Below the pieces are notes generated by a model. That model was not told the origin of the DNA, ran no database searches, and saw nothing but the letters and a program-made list of their open reading frames with translations. Made by a program: the position numbers and the translations under genes. DNA of 25,829 bases from a virus. Its lineage: Duplodnaviria; Heunggongvirae; Uroviricota; Caudoviricetes. The stretch lies in the IMG/VR virus record IMGVR_UViG_2802429220_000017; one strand, 5' to 3'. Shown in pieces: positions 17,637 to 25,829 of the stretch; position 1 is the stretch's first letter; every line of letters begins with the position of its first letter.

Positions 17637-20600
17637 ATGGGTAAAGGCAGCAGTAAGGGGCATACCCCGCGCGAAGCGAAGGATAATCTCAAATCAACGC
17701 AGTTGCTGAGTGTGATTGATGCCATCAGTGAAGGGCCGATTGAAGGTCCGGTGGATGGATTAAAAAGCGTGCTGCTGAACAGTACGCCGGTGCTGGACAC
17801 TGAGGGGAATACCAACATCTCCGGTGTCACGGTGGTGTTCCGGGCAGGTGAGCAGGAGCAGACTCCGCCGGAGGGATTTGAATCCTCTGGCTCCGAGACG
17901 GTGCTGGGTACGGAAGTGAAATATGACACGCCGATCACCCGGACCATCACGTCTGCAAATATCGACCGTCTGCGCTTTACCTTCGGTGTGCAGGCACTGG
18001 TGGAAACCACCTCAAAGGGGGACAGGAATCCGTCGGAAGTCCGCCTGCTGGTTCAGATACAACGTAACGGTGGCTGGGTGACGGAAAAAGACATCACCAT
18101 TAAGGGCAAAACCACCTCGCAGTATCTGGCCTCGGTGGTGGTGGATAACCTGCCTCCGCGCCCGTTCAATATCCGGATGCGCAGGATGACACCGGACAGC
18201 ACCACAGACCAGCTGCAGAACAAAACGCTCTGGTCGTCATACACCGAAATCATCGATGTGAAACAGTGCTACCCGAACACGGCACTGGTCGGCGTGCAGG
18301 TGGACTCGGAACAGTTCGGCAGCCAGCAGGTGAGCCGTAATTATCATCTTCGCGGGCGCATTCTGCAGGTGCCGTCGAACTATAACCCGCAGACGCGGCA
18401 ATACAGCGGTATCTGGGACGGAACGTTTAAGCCAGCATACAGCAACAACATGGCCTGGTGTCTGTGGGATATGCTGACCCATCCCCGCTACGGCATGGGG
18501 AAGCGTCTCGGTGCGGCGGATGTGGACAAATGGGCGCTGTATGTCATCGGCCAGAATTGCGACCAGTCGGTGCCGGATGGCTTTGGTGGCACGGAGCCTC
18601 GCATCACCTGTAATGCTTACCTGACCACACAGCGCAAGGCGTGGGATGTGCTCAGTGATTTCTGCTCGGCGATGCGCTGTATGCCGGTATGGAACGGGCA
18701 GACGCTGACGTTCGTGCAGGACCGACCGTCGGATAAGGTGTGGACCTATAACCGCAGTAATGTGGTGATGCCGGATGATGGCGCGCCGTTCCGCTACAGC
18801 TTCAGCGCCCTGAAGGACCGCCATAATGCCGTTGAAGTGAACTGGATTGACCCGAATAACGGCTGGGAGACGGCGACAGAGCTTGTGGAGGACACGCAGG
18901 CCATTGCCCGTTACGGTCGTAACGTCACGAAGATGGATGCCTTTGGCTGTGCCAGCCGGGGGCAGGCACACCGCGCCGGGCTGTGGCTGATTAAAACGGA
19001 GCTGCTGGAAACGCAGACCGTGGACTTCAGCGTGGGCGCAGAAGGGCTTCGCCATGTACCGGGCGATGTCATTGAAATCTGCGATGATGACTATGCGGGT
19101 ATCAGCATCGGCGGGCGCGTGCTGGCGGTGAACAGCCAGACGCGGACACTGACGCTCGACCGTGAAATCATGCTGCCATCCTCCGGAACCACGCTGATAA
19201 GCCTGGTTGACGGAAATGGCAATCCGGTCAGCGTGGAGGTCCAGTCCGTCACCGACGGCGTGAAGGTGAAAGTGAGCCGGGTTCCTGACGGCGTTGCTGA
19301 ATACAGCGTGTGGGGGCTGAAGCTGCCGACGCTGCGCCAGCGCCTGTTCCGCTGTGTGAGTATCCGTGAGAACGACGACGGCACGTATGCCATCACTGCC
19401 GTGCAGCATGTACCGGAGAAGGAAGCCATCGTGGATAACGGGGCGCACTTTGACGGCGACCAGAGCGGAACGGTGAACGGTGTCACGCCGCCAGCAGTTC
19501 AGCACCTGACCGCAGAAGTCACCGCAGACAGCGGGGAATATCAGGTGCTGGCGCGCTGGGACACGCCGAAGGTGGTGAAGGGCGTGAGCTTCCTGCTTCG
19601 CCTGACCGTGGCTGCGGATGATGGCAGTGAACGGCTGGTCAGCACGGCCCGGACGACGGAAACTACATACCGCTTCAGGCAACTGGCGCTGGGAAATTAC
19701 AGGCTGACAGTCCGGGCGGCAAATGCCTGGGGGCAGCAGGGCGATCCGGCATCGGTATCGTTCCGGATTGCCGCACCGGCAGCGCCGTCGCGGATTGAGC
19801 TGACGCCGGGCTATTTTCAGATAACCGCCACGCCCCATCTTGCCGTTTATGATCCGACGGTACAGTTTGAGTTCTGGTTCTCGGAAAAGCGGATTGCGGA
19901 TATCAGGCAGGTTGAAACCACAGCCCGCTATCTTGGCACGGCGCTGTACTGGATAGCTGCCAGTATCAATATTAAGCCGGGCCATGATTATTATTTTTAC
20001 GTTCGCAGTGTGAACACCGTTGGCAAATCGGCATTCGTGGAGGCTGTCGGTCGGGCGAGCGATGATGCGGAAGGTTACCTGGATTTTTTCAAAGGCCAGA
20101 TAACTGAATCCCATCTCGGCAAGGAGCTGCTGGAAAAAGTCGACCTGACGGAGGATAACGCCAGCAGACTGGATCAGTTTTCGAAAGAGTGGAAAGACGC
20201 CAACGATAAATGGAATGCCATGTGGGGCGTCAAAATTGAGCAGACCGAAGACGGCAGGCATTATGTCGCGGGGCTTGGCCTCAGCATGGAGGATACGGAG
20301 GAAGGTAAACTGAGCCAGTTCCTGGTTGCCGCTAACCGTATCGCGTTTATTGACCCGGCAAACGGGAATGAAACGCCGATGTTTGTGGCGCAGGGCAACC
20401 AGATATTCATGAACGAAGTGTTCCTGAAGTATCTGACGGCTCCCACCATTACCAGCGGCGGCAATCCTCCGGTATTTTCCCTGACACCGGACGGGCGGCT
20501 GACGGCGAAAAATGCCGATATCAGCGGTAACGTGAATGCGAACTCCGGGACGCTCAACAACGTCACGGTAAATGAAAACTGTACGATTAAGGGTATGCTG

Positions 20601-21050
20601 GAGGCGAACCAGGTCAGAGGTGACTTCGTTAAAACTGTCTCCAAATCATTCCCGAAACAGGCTGGTACGTGGGGTAACACGGAAACACCAAACGGGACGG
20701 TTACAGTCACCATCAGTGATGATCATAACTTTGACCGTCAAATCATTATTCCGCCCATTATCTTTAACGGAATAGCGTATAGCGATCCGGGAAGTGGTAA
20801 TAACCCGGGAGGTACAAGATACACGGGTTATGGTTTTGAAGTTCGCAAAAACGGTGTATTAATCGCATCCAGAGAAACTAAAGGGGCCATTCCCGGTAGC
20901 TACAGTGCGGTTATTGATATGCCGAGTGGCAGGGGAAGTGTCACTCTGGAGTTTAAGGTTTTCCATAAAGGCAATCAGTGGGCAGGTAATATCACCGACT
21001 GTACGGTGATTGTGACCAAAAAAGCCGCTTCCGGCATCAGTATTCGTTGA
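17637..21050 (+). CDS. J: Tail tip central fibre / host specificity protein J
   Basis: 1137 aa. Resembles recalled lambda gpJ along most of its length; the final ~130 aa diverge. GGAG SD 8 nt upstream. Confidence 0.93.
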   Translation: MGKGSSKGHTPREAKDNLKSTQLLSVIDAISEGPIEGPVDGLKSVLLNSTPVLDTEGNTNISGVTVVFRAGEQEQTPPEGFESSGSETVLGTEVKYDTPITRTITSANIDRLRFTFGVQALVETTSKGDRNPSEVRLLVQIQRNGGWVTEKDITIKGKTTSQYLASVVVDNLPPRPFNIRMRRMTPDSTTDQLQNKTLWSSYTEIIDVKQCYPNTALVGVQVDSEQFGSQQVSRNYHLRGRILQVPSNYNPQTRQYSGIWDGTFKPAYSNNMAWCLWDMLTHPRYGMGKRLGAADVDKWALYVIGQNCDQSVPDGFGGTEPRITCNAYLTTQRKAWDVLSDFCSAMRCMPVWNGQTLTFVQDRPSDKVWTYNRSNVVMPDDGAPFRYSFSALKDRHNAVEVNWIDPNNGWETATELVEDTQAIARYGRNVTKMDAFGCASRGQAHRAGLWLIKTELLETQTVDFSVGAEGLRHVPGDVIEICDDDYAGISIGGRVLAVNSQTRTLTLDREIMLPSSGTTLISLVDGNGNPVSVEVQSVTDGVKVKVSRVPDGVAEYSVWGLKLPTLRQRLFRCVSIRENDDGTYAITAVQHVPEKEAIVDNGAHFDGDQSGTVNGVTPPAVQHLTAEVTADSGEYQVLARWDTPKVVKGVSFLLRLTVAADDGSERLVSTARTTETTYRFRQLALGNYRLTVRAANAWGQQGDPASVSFRIAAPAAPSRIELTPGYFQITATPHLAVYDPTVQFEFWFSEKRIADIRQVETTARYLGTALYWIAASINIKPGHDYYFYVRSVNTVGKSAFVEAVGRASDDAEGYLDFFKGQITESHLGKELLEKVDLTEDNASRLDQFSKEWKDANDKWNAMWGVKIEQTEDGRHYVAGLGLSMEDTEEGKLSQFLVAANRIAFIDPANGNETPMFVAQGNQIFMNEVFLKYLTAPTITSGGNPPVFSLTPDGRLTAKNADISGNVNANSGTLNNVTVNENCTIKGMLEANQVRGDFVKTVSKSFPKQAGTWGNTETPNGTVTVTISDDHNFDRQIIIPPIIFNGIAYSDPGSGNNPGGTRYTGYGFEVRKNGVLIASRETKGAIPGSYSAVIDMPSGRGSVTLEFKVFHKGNQWAGNITDCTVIVTKKAASGISIR

Positions 21051-21071
21051 AATTGTTATAACCCATATAAG

Positions 21072-21096
21072 GGCACCAGAAATGGTGCCTTTTTTA
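21072..21096 (+). terminator. Intrinsic terminator after J
   Basis: GGCACC-agaaat-GGTGCC stem followed by TTTTTT. Confidence 0.65.
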
Positions 21097-21119
21097 TTGC
21101 AGAATAGCGAGAGGTAATT

Positions 21120-21719
21120 ATGCGTAAAGTTTGTGCAGCAATTTTGTCCGCAGCCATTTGTCTGGCCGTATCCGGTGCGCCTGCATGGGCGTCTGAACAT
21201 CAGTCCACGCTGAGCGCGGGGTATCTTCATGCCTCGACCAACGTTCCCGGCAGCGATGATCTGAACGGGATTAACGTGAAATACCGTTATGAGTTTACGG
21301 ATACGCTGGGGATGGTGACGTCATTCAGCTATGCAGGAGACAAGAATCGCCAGCTGACCCGTTACAGCGATACCCGCTGGCATGAAGATTCCGTGCGTAA
21401 CCGCTGGTTCAGCGTGATGGCGGGGCCGTCTGTGCGCGTGAATGAATGGTTCAGTGCTTATGCGATGGCGGGTGTGGCTTACAGCCGTGTTTCGACGTTC
21501 TCCGGGGATTATCTCCGCGTAACTGACAACAAGGGGAAAACGCACGATGTGCTGACCGGAAGTGATGGCGGTCGCCACAGCAACACGTCTCTGGCGTGGG
21601 GGGCTGGCGTGCAGTTTAACCCGACCGAATCCGTGGCCATTGACCTTGCTTATGAAGGTTCCGGCAGTGGCGACTGGCGCACTGACGGTTTCATCGTGGG
21701 TGTCGGTTATAAATTCTGA
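21120..21719 (+). CDS. lom: Outer membrane protein Lom (Ail/Lom/PagC family beta-barrel), moron
   Basis: Signal peptide (AAILSAAICLAVSGAPAWA). C-terminal YEGSGSGDWRTDGFIVGVGYKF matches recalled lambda Lom. Own SD and flanking terminators. Confidence 0.92.
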   Translation: MRKVCAAILSAAICLAVSGAPAWASEHQSTLSAGYLHASTNVPGSDDLNGINVKYRYEFTDTLGMVTSFSYAGDKNRQLTRYSDTRWHEDSVRNRWFSVMAGPSVRVNEWFSAYAMAGVAYSRVSTFSGDYLRVTDNKGKTHDVLTGSDGGRHSNTSLAWGAGVQFNPTESVAIDLAYEGSGSGDWRTDGFIVGVGYKF

Positions 21720-21745
21720 TTAGCCAGGTAACACAGTGTTATGAC

Positions 21746-21773
21746 AGCCCGCCGGTTCAGGCGGGCTTTTTTG
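21746..21773 (+). terminator. Intrinsic terminator after lom
   Basis: AGCCCGCC-ggttca-GGCGGGCT stem followed by TTTTTT. Confidence 0.65.
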
Positions 21774-21783
21774 TGGAGTGGAT

Positions 21784-24168
21784 ATGGCAGCAGTAAAAAT
21801 CTCAGGTGTGCTGAAAGATGGTGCGGGAAAACCAATACAGAACTGCACTATTCAACTGAAGGCAAAGCGTAACAGCACCACGGTACTGGTGAACACGGTG
21901 GCCTCTGAAAATCCGGATGAAGCCGGGCGTTACAGCATGGATGTTGAGTATGGCCAGTACAGCGTCATCCTGCTGGTTGAAGGTTTTCCGCCTTCACATG
22001 CCGGGACCATTACCGTCTATGAAGGCTCCAGACCAGGTACGCTGAATGATTTTCTCGGTGCCATGACGGAAGATGATGTCATGCCGGAGGCATTGCGTCG
22101 TTTTGAGGCAATGGTGGAAGAAGCGGCACGCAACGCTGAAGCCGCCTCTCAGAGCGCAGCGGCGGCAAAGAAATCCGAAACTGCAGCGGCATCATCGAAG
22201 AACGCGGCGAAAACCTCAGAAACGAATGCAGCTAACAGCGCACAGGCGGCAGCGGCCTCGCAGACTGCATCGGCAAATTCCGCGACAGCAGCTAAAAAAT
22301 CAGAAACCAACGCGAAAAATAGCGAAACAGCCGCAAAGACGAGCGAAACCAATGCAAAGTCCAGCCAGACGGCAGCGAAAACCAGCGAAACGAATGCCAA
22401 AGCCAGTGAAACTGCGGCGAAAAACAGCCAGGCTGCAGCAGCTGAAAGTGAGAGCGCGGCAGCCGGTTCTGCGACTTCAGCAGCCGGATCAGCAACTGCT
22501 GCGGCTAACAGCCAGAAAGCCGCGAAGACGAGTGAAACTAACGCAAAGTCCAGCCAGACGGCAGCGAAGACCAGCGAAACGAATGCTAAAGCCAGCGAAA
22601 CTGCGGCGAAAAACAGTCAGGATGCAGCAGCCGAAAGCGAGAGTGCCGCAGCTGGTTCTGCAAGTGCGGCGGCTTCTTCTGCCACTGCATCAGCCAACAG
22701 TCAAAAAGCTGCAAAAACCAGTGAAACCAACGCAAAGGCGAGCGAGACTGCGGCTGCTAACTCGGCGAAAGCATCCGCTGCAAGCCAGACGGCTGCAAAA
22801 GCAAGTGAAGACGCAGCCAGGGAGTACGCAAGCCAGGCAGCAGAGCCGTATAAATATGTCTTACAGCCGCTTCCTGATGTGTGGATACCGTTTAACGATT
22901 CACTGGATATGATTACGGGCTTTTCGCCATCATATAAAAAGATTGTTATTGGTGATGATGAAATAACAATGCCTGGCGACAAGATTGTAAAGTTTAAACG
23001 CGCATCAAAAGCAACTTACATTAATAAATCTGGTGTGCTGACAGAGGCTGCAATCGATGAACCTCGCTTTGAAAAGTATGGATTGCTGATTGAAGGGCAG
23101 CGTACAAACCTGTTAATAAACAGCACAAATCCATCAAAGTGGAACAAGTCATCAAATATGATTTTAAATACATCAGGTGTAGATGATTTTGGTTTCCAGT
23201 ACGCAAAATTCACATTAAAACCAGAAATGGTGGGGCAAACCTCAGCCATTTCTATTGTCACAGTATCTGGAAGCAAAGGATATGATGTTACCGGCGATGA
23301 AAAGTATGTAACTATCTCATGCAGGGTACAAAGTGGGACTCCAAATTTAAGATGTCGATTACGATTTGAAGAATATGATGGATCTACCTACAAATTTCTG
23401 GGTGATGCTTACTTAAATATGACAGATTTATCGATTGATAAAACTGGCGGCGCTGCAAGTCGTATTACTGCAAGGGCTGTTAAAAATGAAGCAAGCAAAT
23501 GGATTTTCTTTGAGGCAACAATTAAGGCACTTGATACAGAAAATATGATCGGTGCGATGGTGCAATATGCACCACCAAAAGGGGGAAGCACTGGTGCAGA
23601 TGATTATATTTATGTTGCAACTCCTCAGGTCGAAGGCGGTTCGTGCGCTTCTTCGTTTATTATTACTGAGGCAACGCCAGTCACAAGAGCCAGTGATATG
23701 GTGAATATACCAACAAATAACAATATCGGTACACCACCTTTAACATTTCTAGCTGAAGTTCATACAAACTGGAACGAAACGCCAAATGCAGCACCACGAA
23801 TTTTTGATACCAGTGGTGGGAGCACAACTCCGGGTCAATATATAAGTGTTGCTATTAGTTCAACATTATTTCCTGGTGTTACGATGTACAATAAAAACGG
23901 TAGTACAGTAGCCGCCGTATCGCCAGTATTATTTGAACAAAAATCTGTTCTTGGATTTGTTTTAAATGAATCTGGTAATGTGCATTTCGTTAGCAATGCT
24001 CAGCATGGAACTCCTAAAACTACGGATCATGTCGGTGTTAAATCTGGTTATTTCTTCAGGATTGGTGGGCAGACTAATAGCGGCCTACGTCATCTTTTCG
24101 GTCACATTCGTAATTTTCGTATATGGCATAAAGAATTAACCGATGCGCAAATGGGAGAGGTAATATAA
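21784..24168 (+). CDS. stf: Side tail fibre protein (Stf-like): lambda-type N-terminal anchor, repetitive Ala-rich shaft, divergent AT-rich C-terminal receptor-binding region
   Basis: N-terminus MAAVKISGVLKDGAGKPIQNCTIQLKA..GRYSMDVEYGQYSVIL..GFPPSHAGTITVYE matches the recalled lambda Stf N-terminus. Shaft has tandem KTSETNAKxSxTAAK repeats. C-terminal end (..HLFGHIRNFRIWHKELTDAQM) suggests a lectin/jellyroll-type tip; this is low-confidence motif recognition. Confidence 0.88.
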   Translation: MAAVKISGVLKDGAGKPIQNCTIQLKAKRNSTTVLVNTVASENPDEAGRYSMDVEYGQYSVILLVEGFPPSHAGTITVYEGSRPGTLNDFLGAMTEDDVMPEALRRFEAMVEEAARNAEAASQSAAAAKKSETAAASSKNAAKTSETNAANSAQAAAASQTASANSATAAKKSETNAKNSETAAKTSETNAKSSQTAAKTSETNAKASETAAKNSQAAAAESESAAAGSATSAAGSATAAANSQKAAKTSETNAKSSQTAAKTSETNAKASETAAKNSQDAAAESESAAAGSASAAASSATASANSQKAAKTSETNAKASETAAANSAKASAASQTAAKASEDAAREYASQAAEPYKYVLQPLPDVWIPFNDSLDMITGFSPSYKKIVIGDDEITMPGDKIVKFKRASKATYINKSGVLTEAAIDEPRFEKYGLLIEGQRTNLLINSTNPSKWNKSSNMILNTSGVDDFGFQYAKFTLKPEMVGQTSAISIVTVSGSKGYDVTGDEKYVTISCRVQSGTPNLRCRLRFEEYDGSTYKFLGDAYLNMTDLSIDKTGGAASRITARAVKNEASKWIFFEATIKALDTENMIGAMVQYAPPKGGSTGADDYIYVATPQVEGGSCASSFIITEATPVTRASDMVNIPTNNNIGTPPLTFLAEVHTNWNETPNAAPRIFDTSGGSTTPGQYISVAISSTLFPGVTMYNKNGSTVAAVSPVLFEQKSVLGFVLNESGNVHFVSNAQHGTPKTTDHVGVKSGYFFRIGGQTNSGLRHLFGHIRNFRIWHKELTDAQMGEVI
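22180..22810 (+). repeat. In-frame tandem repeats in the stf shaft; two ~146-bp copies spaced 189 bp apart (about 22331-22476 and 22520-22665) plus degenerate flanking copies
   Basis: Direct comparison of the two blocks (GCCGCAAAGACGAGCGAAACCAATGCAAAGTCCAGCCAGACGGCAGCGAAAACCAGCGAAACGAATGC... versus GCCGCGAAGACGAGTGAAACTAACGCAAAGTCCAGCCAGACGGCAGCGAAGACCAGCGAAACGAATGC...) shows about 90% identity. Confidence 0.8.
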
Positions 24169-24449
24169 TGCGAGATTTAATTATCAAATTCACAGACAAG
24201 GCCGACTTTTCGGCCTTTATGGATAGCATTGGTTATTATGATGACGAGATGATGCAGAACGATGTTCTCATTGATGTAATAGGTGACGTATACAAAGAAA
24301 CAGGCGAACTTACTGAAGATGGCGAGCCGGTATGTGTTAAGGAAGACGGATATTTTGTAAACGTGCGCATCATTAATGATTCGCAAATATCGTCATTATT
24401 CGATGAATACGCGGTTGTAGTTGAACATCAACTTCGTGACTGGATGTGA
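24168..24449 (+). CDS. Hypothetical 93-aa acidic protein, translationally coupled to stf (possible fibre assembly/accessory protein)
   Basis: ATG overlaps the stf stop (TAATG). AT-rich. No family recognised. Confidence 0.55.
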   Translation: MRDLIIKFTDKADFSAFMDSIGYYDDEMMQNDVLIDVIGDVYKETGELTEDGEPVCVKEDGYFVNVRIINDSQISSLFDEYAVVVEHQLRDWM

Positions 24450-24458
24450 GGGAGACAA

Positions 24459-25499
24459 ATGGCTACATCGACCGTAATTCCTGATGACATCAAAACGCTA
24501 AAATCGGATGTTAGTAAATTAAAAACCGATCAAGGAAACTACGCAACAAAATCTTATGTAGACAATAAAACAACATGGAATGGTTATTGCAATGTAATCT
24601 ATGATCAAAAAACATTGCCAACAACTGGTACTATATTCAGCGGTAAGCTGCATTTGTCAAATAAGACTGGTGAAACGGAAAACGCTTATAGTGACATATA
24701 TACCAGAAAAAATATTGATGGTACTAAAGATACAATGACGAGGATCGTCACACATAACGGGACAAAAGGTATCTTTTGGGACTTTAGTGATCTTTACGGC
24801 GGAACATTAATTTTTCCAGGCAGTGATGGTTACCTCAAGATGGGGAACTGTCTCATGTCGTATGGTGTGCGGGGAAGTAACGCGCTTATTAAGTTTGATT
24901 ACACCGACTCCTTACAGATCAAATATGCCAATCATGGGTCGACCATGACATTAAACACACAGGGAACCGCTCACGCTGGCGTAACAACTCGACTATGGGG
25001 CAATTCTAGCCGTCCGGTTGTTTATGAAGTTGGTGTAGATGGTGAGGCTTTTATATTCTTCGGTCAAAAACAAACAGATGGCACATATGGATTTGCTGTT
25101 AATGGTGTATGTCAAGCGACCGCATTTAACCAGACCTCTGACCGAGACCTGAAAGATAATATTCAGGTGATCGATAATGCAACCGACCGCATTCGTAAAA
25201 TGAACGGCTATACATACACGCTTAAAGAAAACGGTATGCCTTACGCTGGTGTTATTGCACAAGAAGCCCTGGAAGCCATCCCCGAAGCCGTAGGGTCTAT
25301 GATGAAATATCCAGACGGTGGGAGTGGATTAGATGGAGAAGAAGGTGAACGGTATTACACTGTAGATTATTCTGGTGTTACTGGCTTGCTTGTTCAGGCA
25401 GCCAGAGAGTCAGACGACAGGATAACAGCACTGGAAGAAGAAAACGCAGAATTAAGACAAAGATTATCTGCAATTGAGGCGGCGCTTGCGTCTAAATAA
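24459..25499 (+). CDS. Tail fibre/spike protein with C-terminal intramolecular chaperone (peptidase S74-like) domain
   Basis: C-terminal region SDRDLKDNIQ...GYTY.LKENG...GVIAQEALEAIPEAV...YTVDYSGVTGLLVQAARESDDRITALEEENAELRQRL matches the conserved pattern of autoproteolytic chaperone domains of phage fibres and endosialidases. GAGGGAGA SD upstream. Confidence 0.75.
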   Translation: MATSTVIPDDIKTLKSDVSKLKTDQGNYATKSYVDNKTTWNGYCNVIYDQKTLPTTGTIFSGKLHLSNKTGETENAYSDIYTRKNIDGTKDTMTRIVTHNGTKGIFWDFSDLYGGTLIFPGSDGYLKMGNCLMSYGVRGSNALIKFDYTDSLQIKYANHGSTMTLNTQGTAHAGVTTRLWGNSSRPVVYEVGVDGEAFIFFGQKQTDGTYGFAVNGVCQATAFNQTSDRDLKDNIQVIDNATDRIRKMNGYTYTLKENGMPYAGVIAQEALEAIPEAVGSMMKYPDGGSGLDGEEGERYYTVDYSGVTGLLVQAARESDDRITALEEENAELRQRLSAIEAALASK

Positions 25500-25505
25500 T
25501 ATTAA

Positions 25506-25527
25506 GGGGCCGAGCGCCCCGTTATAT
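25506..25527 (+). terminator. Weak hairpin after the fibre gene
   Basis: GGGGC-cgagc-GCCCC stem followed by GTTATATT (poor U-tract). Confidence 0.3.
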
Positions 25528-25535
25528 TGGGTAGG

Positions 25536-25829
25536 ATGAAAATGGATATAACACCTTTCCTTCATGCTCTTTGTGCTGTGGCTGCGCAGCTACTGATTGG
25601 TCTTTTTACCGGGAACTGGGCTTACGGAGCGATAGCCGGTTGTACGTTCTTCATTGCGCGTGAACACACCCAGGCAGAATATCGCTGGATTGAAATGTTC
25701 GGGCATGGCAAGCGAATGAATATGCCGTGGTGGGGCGGTTTTGATCCACGTGCATGGGATGTAGCAAGCCTGATGGATTTTGCTGTGCCGGTGATAGCGT
25801 GTCTGCTGGTCTGGCTGGTATTTCGTTGA
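25536..25829 (+). CDS. Predicted multi-pass membrane protein, 3'-truncated by the window end
   Basis: ORF runs off the window. At least three hydrophobic segments (FLHALCAVAAQLLIGLF, AYGAIAGCTFFIA, FAVPVIACLLVWLVF). Start ambiguous (TTG 25527, ATG 25536 or ATG 25542). Confidence 0.5.
   Translation: MKMDITPFLHALCAVAAQLLIGLFTGNWAYGAIAGCTFFIAREHTQAEYRWIEMFGHGKRMNMPWWGGFDPRAWDVASLMDFAVPVIACLLVWLVFR

Noticed and set aside
18237-20261. 674-aa ORF on the minus strand
   Set aside because: Lies entirely antisense to the well-supported J gene. Long antisense ORFs are expected by chance in GC-rich coding sequence. The product is Arg/His/Pro-rich and low-complexity, with no start context.
22180-22810. 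Possibility that the tandem repeats are a CRISPR array or a DGR template/variable region
   Set aside because: Repeats are long (189-bp period), in-frame and coding, without unique spacers. No reverse transcriptase or cas genes are present in the window.
22073-22912. 279-aa, extremely Arg/Lys/Gln-rich ORF in an alternative + frame
   Set aside because: It is the out-of-frame reading of the Ala/Lys/Thr/Ser/Glu repeat region of stf. The repetitive codon structure keeps the alternate frame open. No independent SD.
24168-25829. Possible invertible tail-fibre segment (Mu G / e14 P type)
   Set aside because: No invertase (Gin/Pin-like) gene and no obvious long inverted repeats flanking the fibre-distal genes. 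An invertase could still lie beyond the window end.
1-25829. tRNA or rRNA genes, integrase and attachment sites
   Set aside because: No cloverleaf-like or rRNA-like sequence noticed, and no integrase or recombinase ORF. The window appears to cover only the late region of the prophage.

Overview
This window is the late region of a lambdoid (lambda-like) enterobacterial prophage, almost entirely on the + strand and densely coding. Calls rest on reading the six-frame track and the DNA against lambda, phage 21 and Gifsy-2 protein sequences recalled from memory; no searches were run. Order: phage-21-type lysis cassette (pinholin, SAR endolysin, Rz with embedded Rz1) interrupted by an AT-rich two-gene insertion; an AT-rich spacer and a cos site resembling lambda cosN; packaging and head module (terS, terL, W, portal, one fused protease-scaffold-capsid gene); lambda-like tail module (FII-like, Z, U, V, G/G-T, H, M, L, K, I, J); the lom moron; a mosaic side tail fibre (stf) followed by an AT-rich block with a 93-aa ORF, a second fibre gene with a C-terminal S74-type chaperone domain, and a truncated membrane protein. 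No tRNA, rRNA, CRISPR array, integrase or transposase was seen. The best candidates for undescribed function are the holin/endolysin insertion, the fibre-distal AT-rich module and the terminal membrane protein; all are unverified. Coordinates of short motifs are hand-counted and may be off by 1-2 nt.
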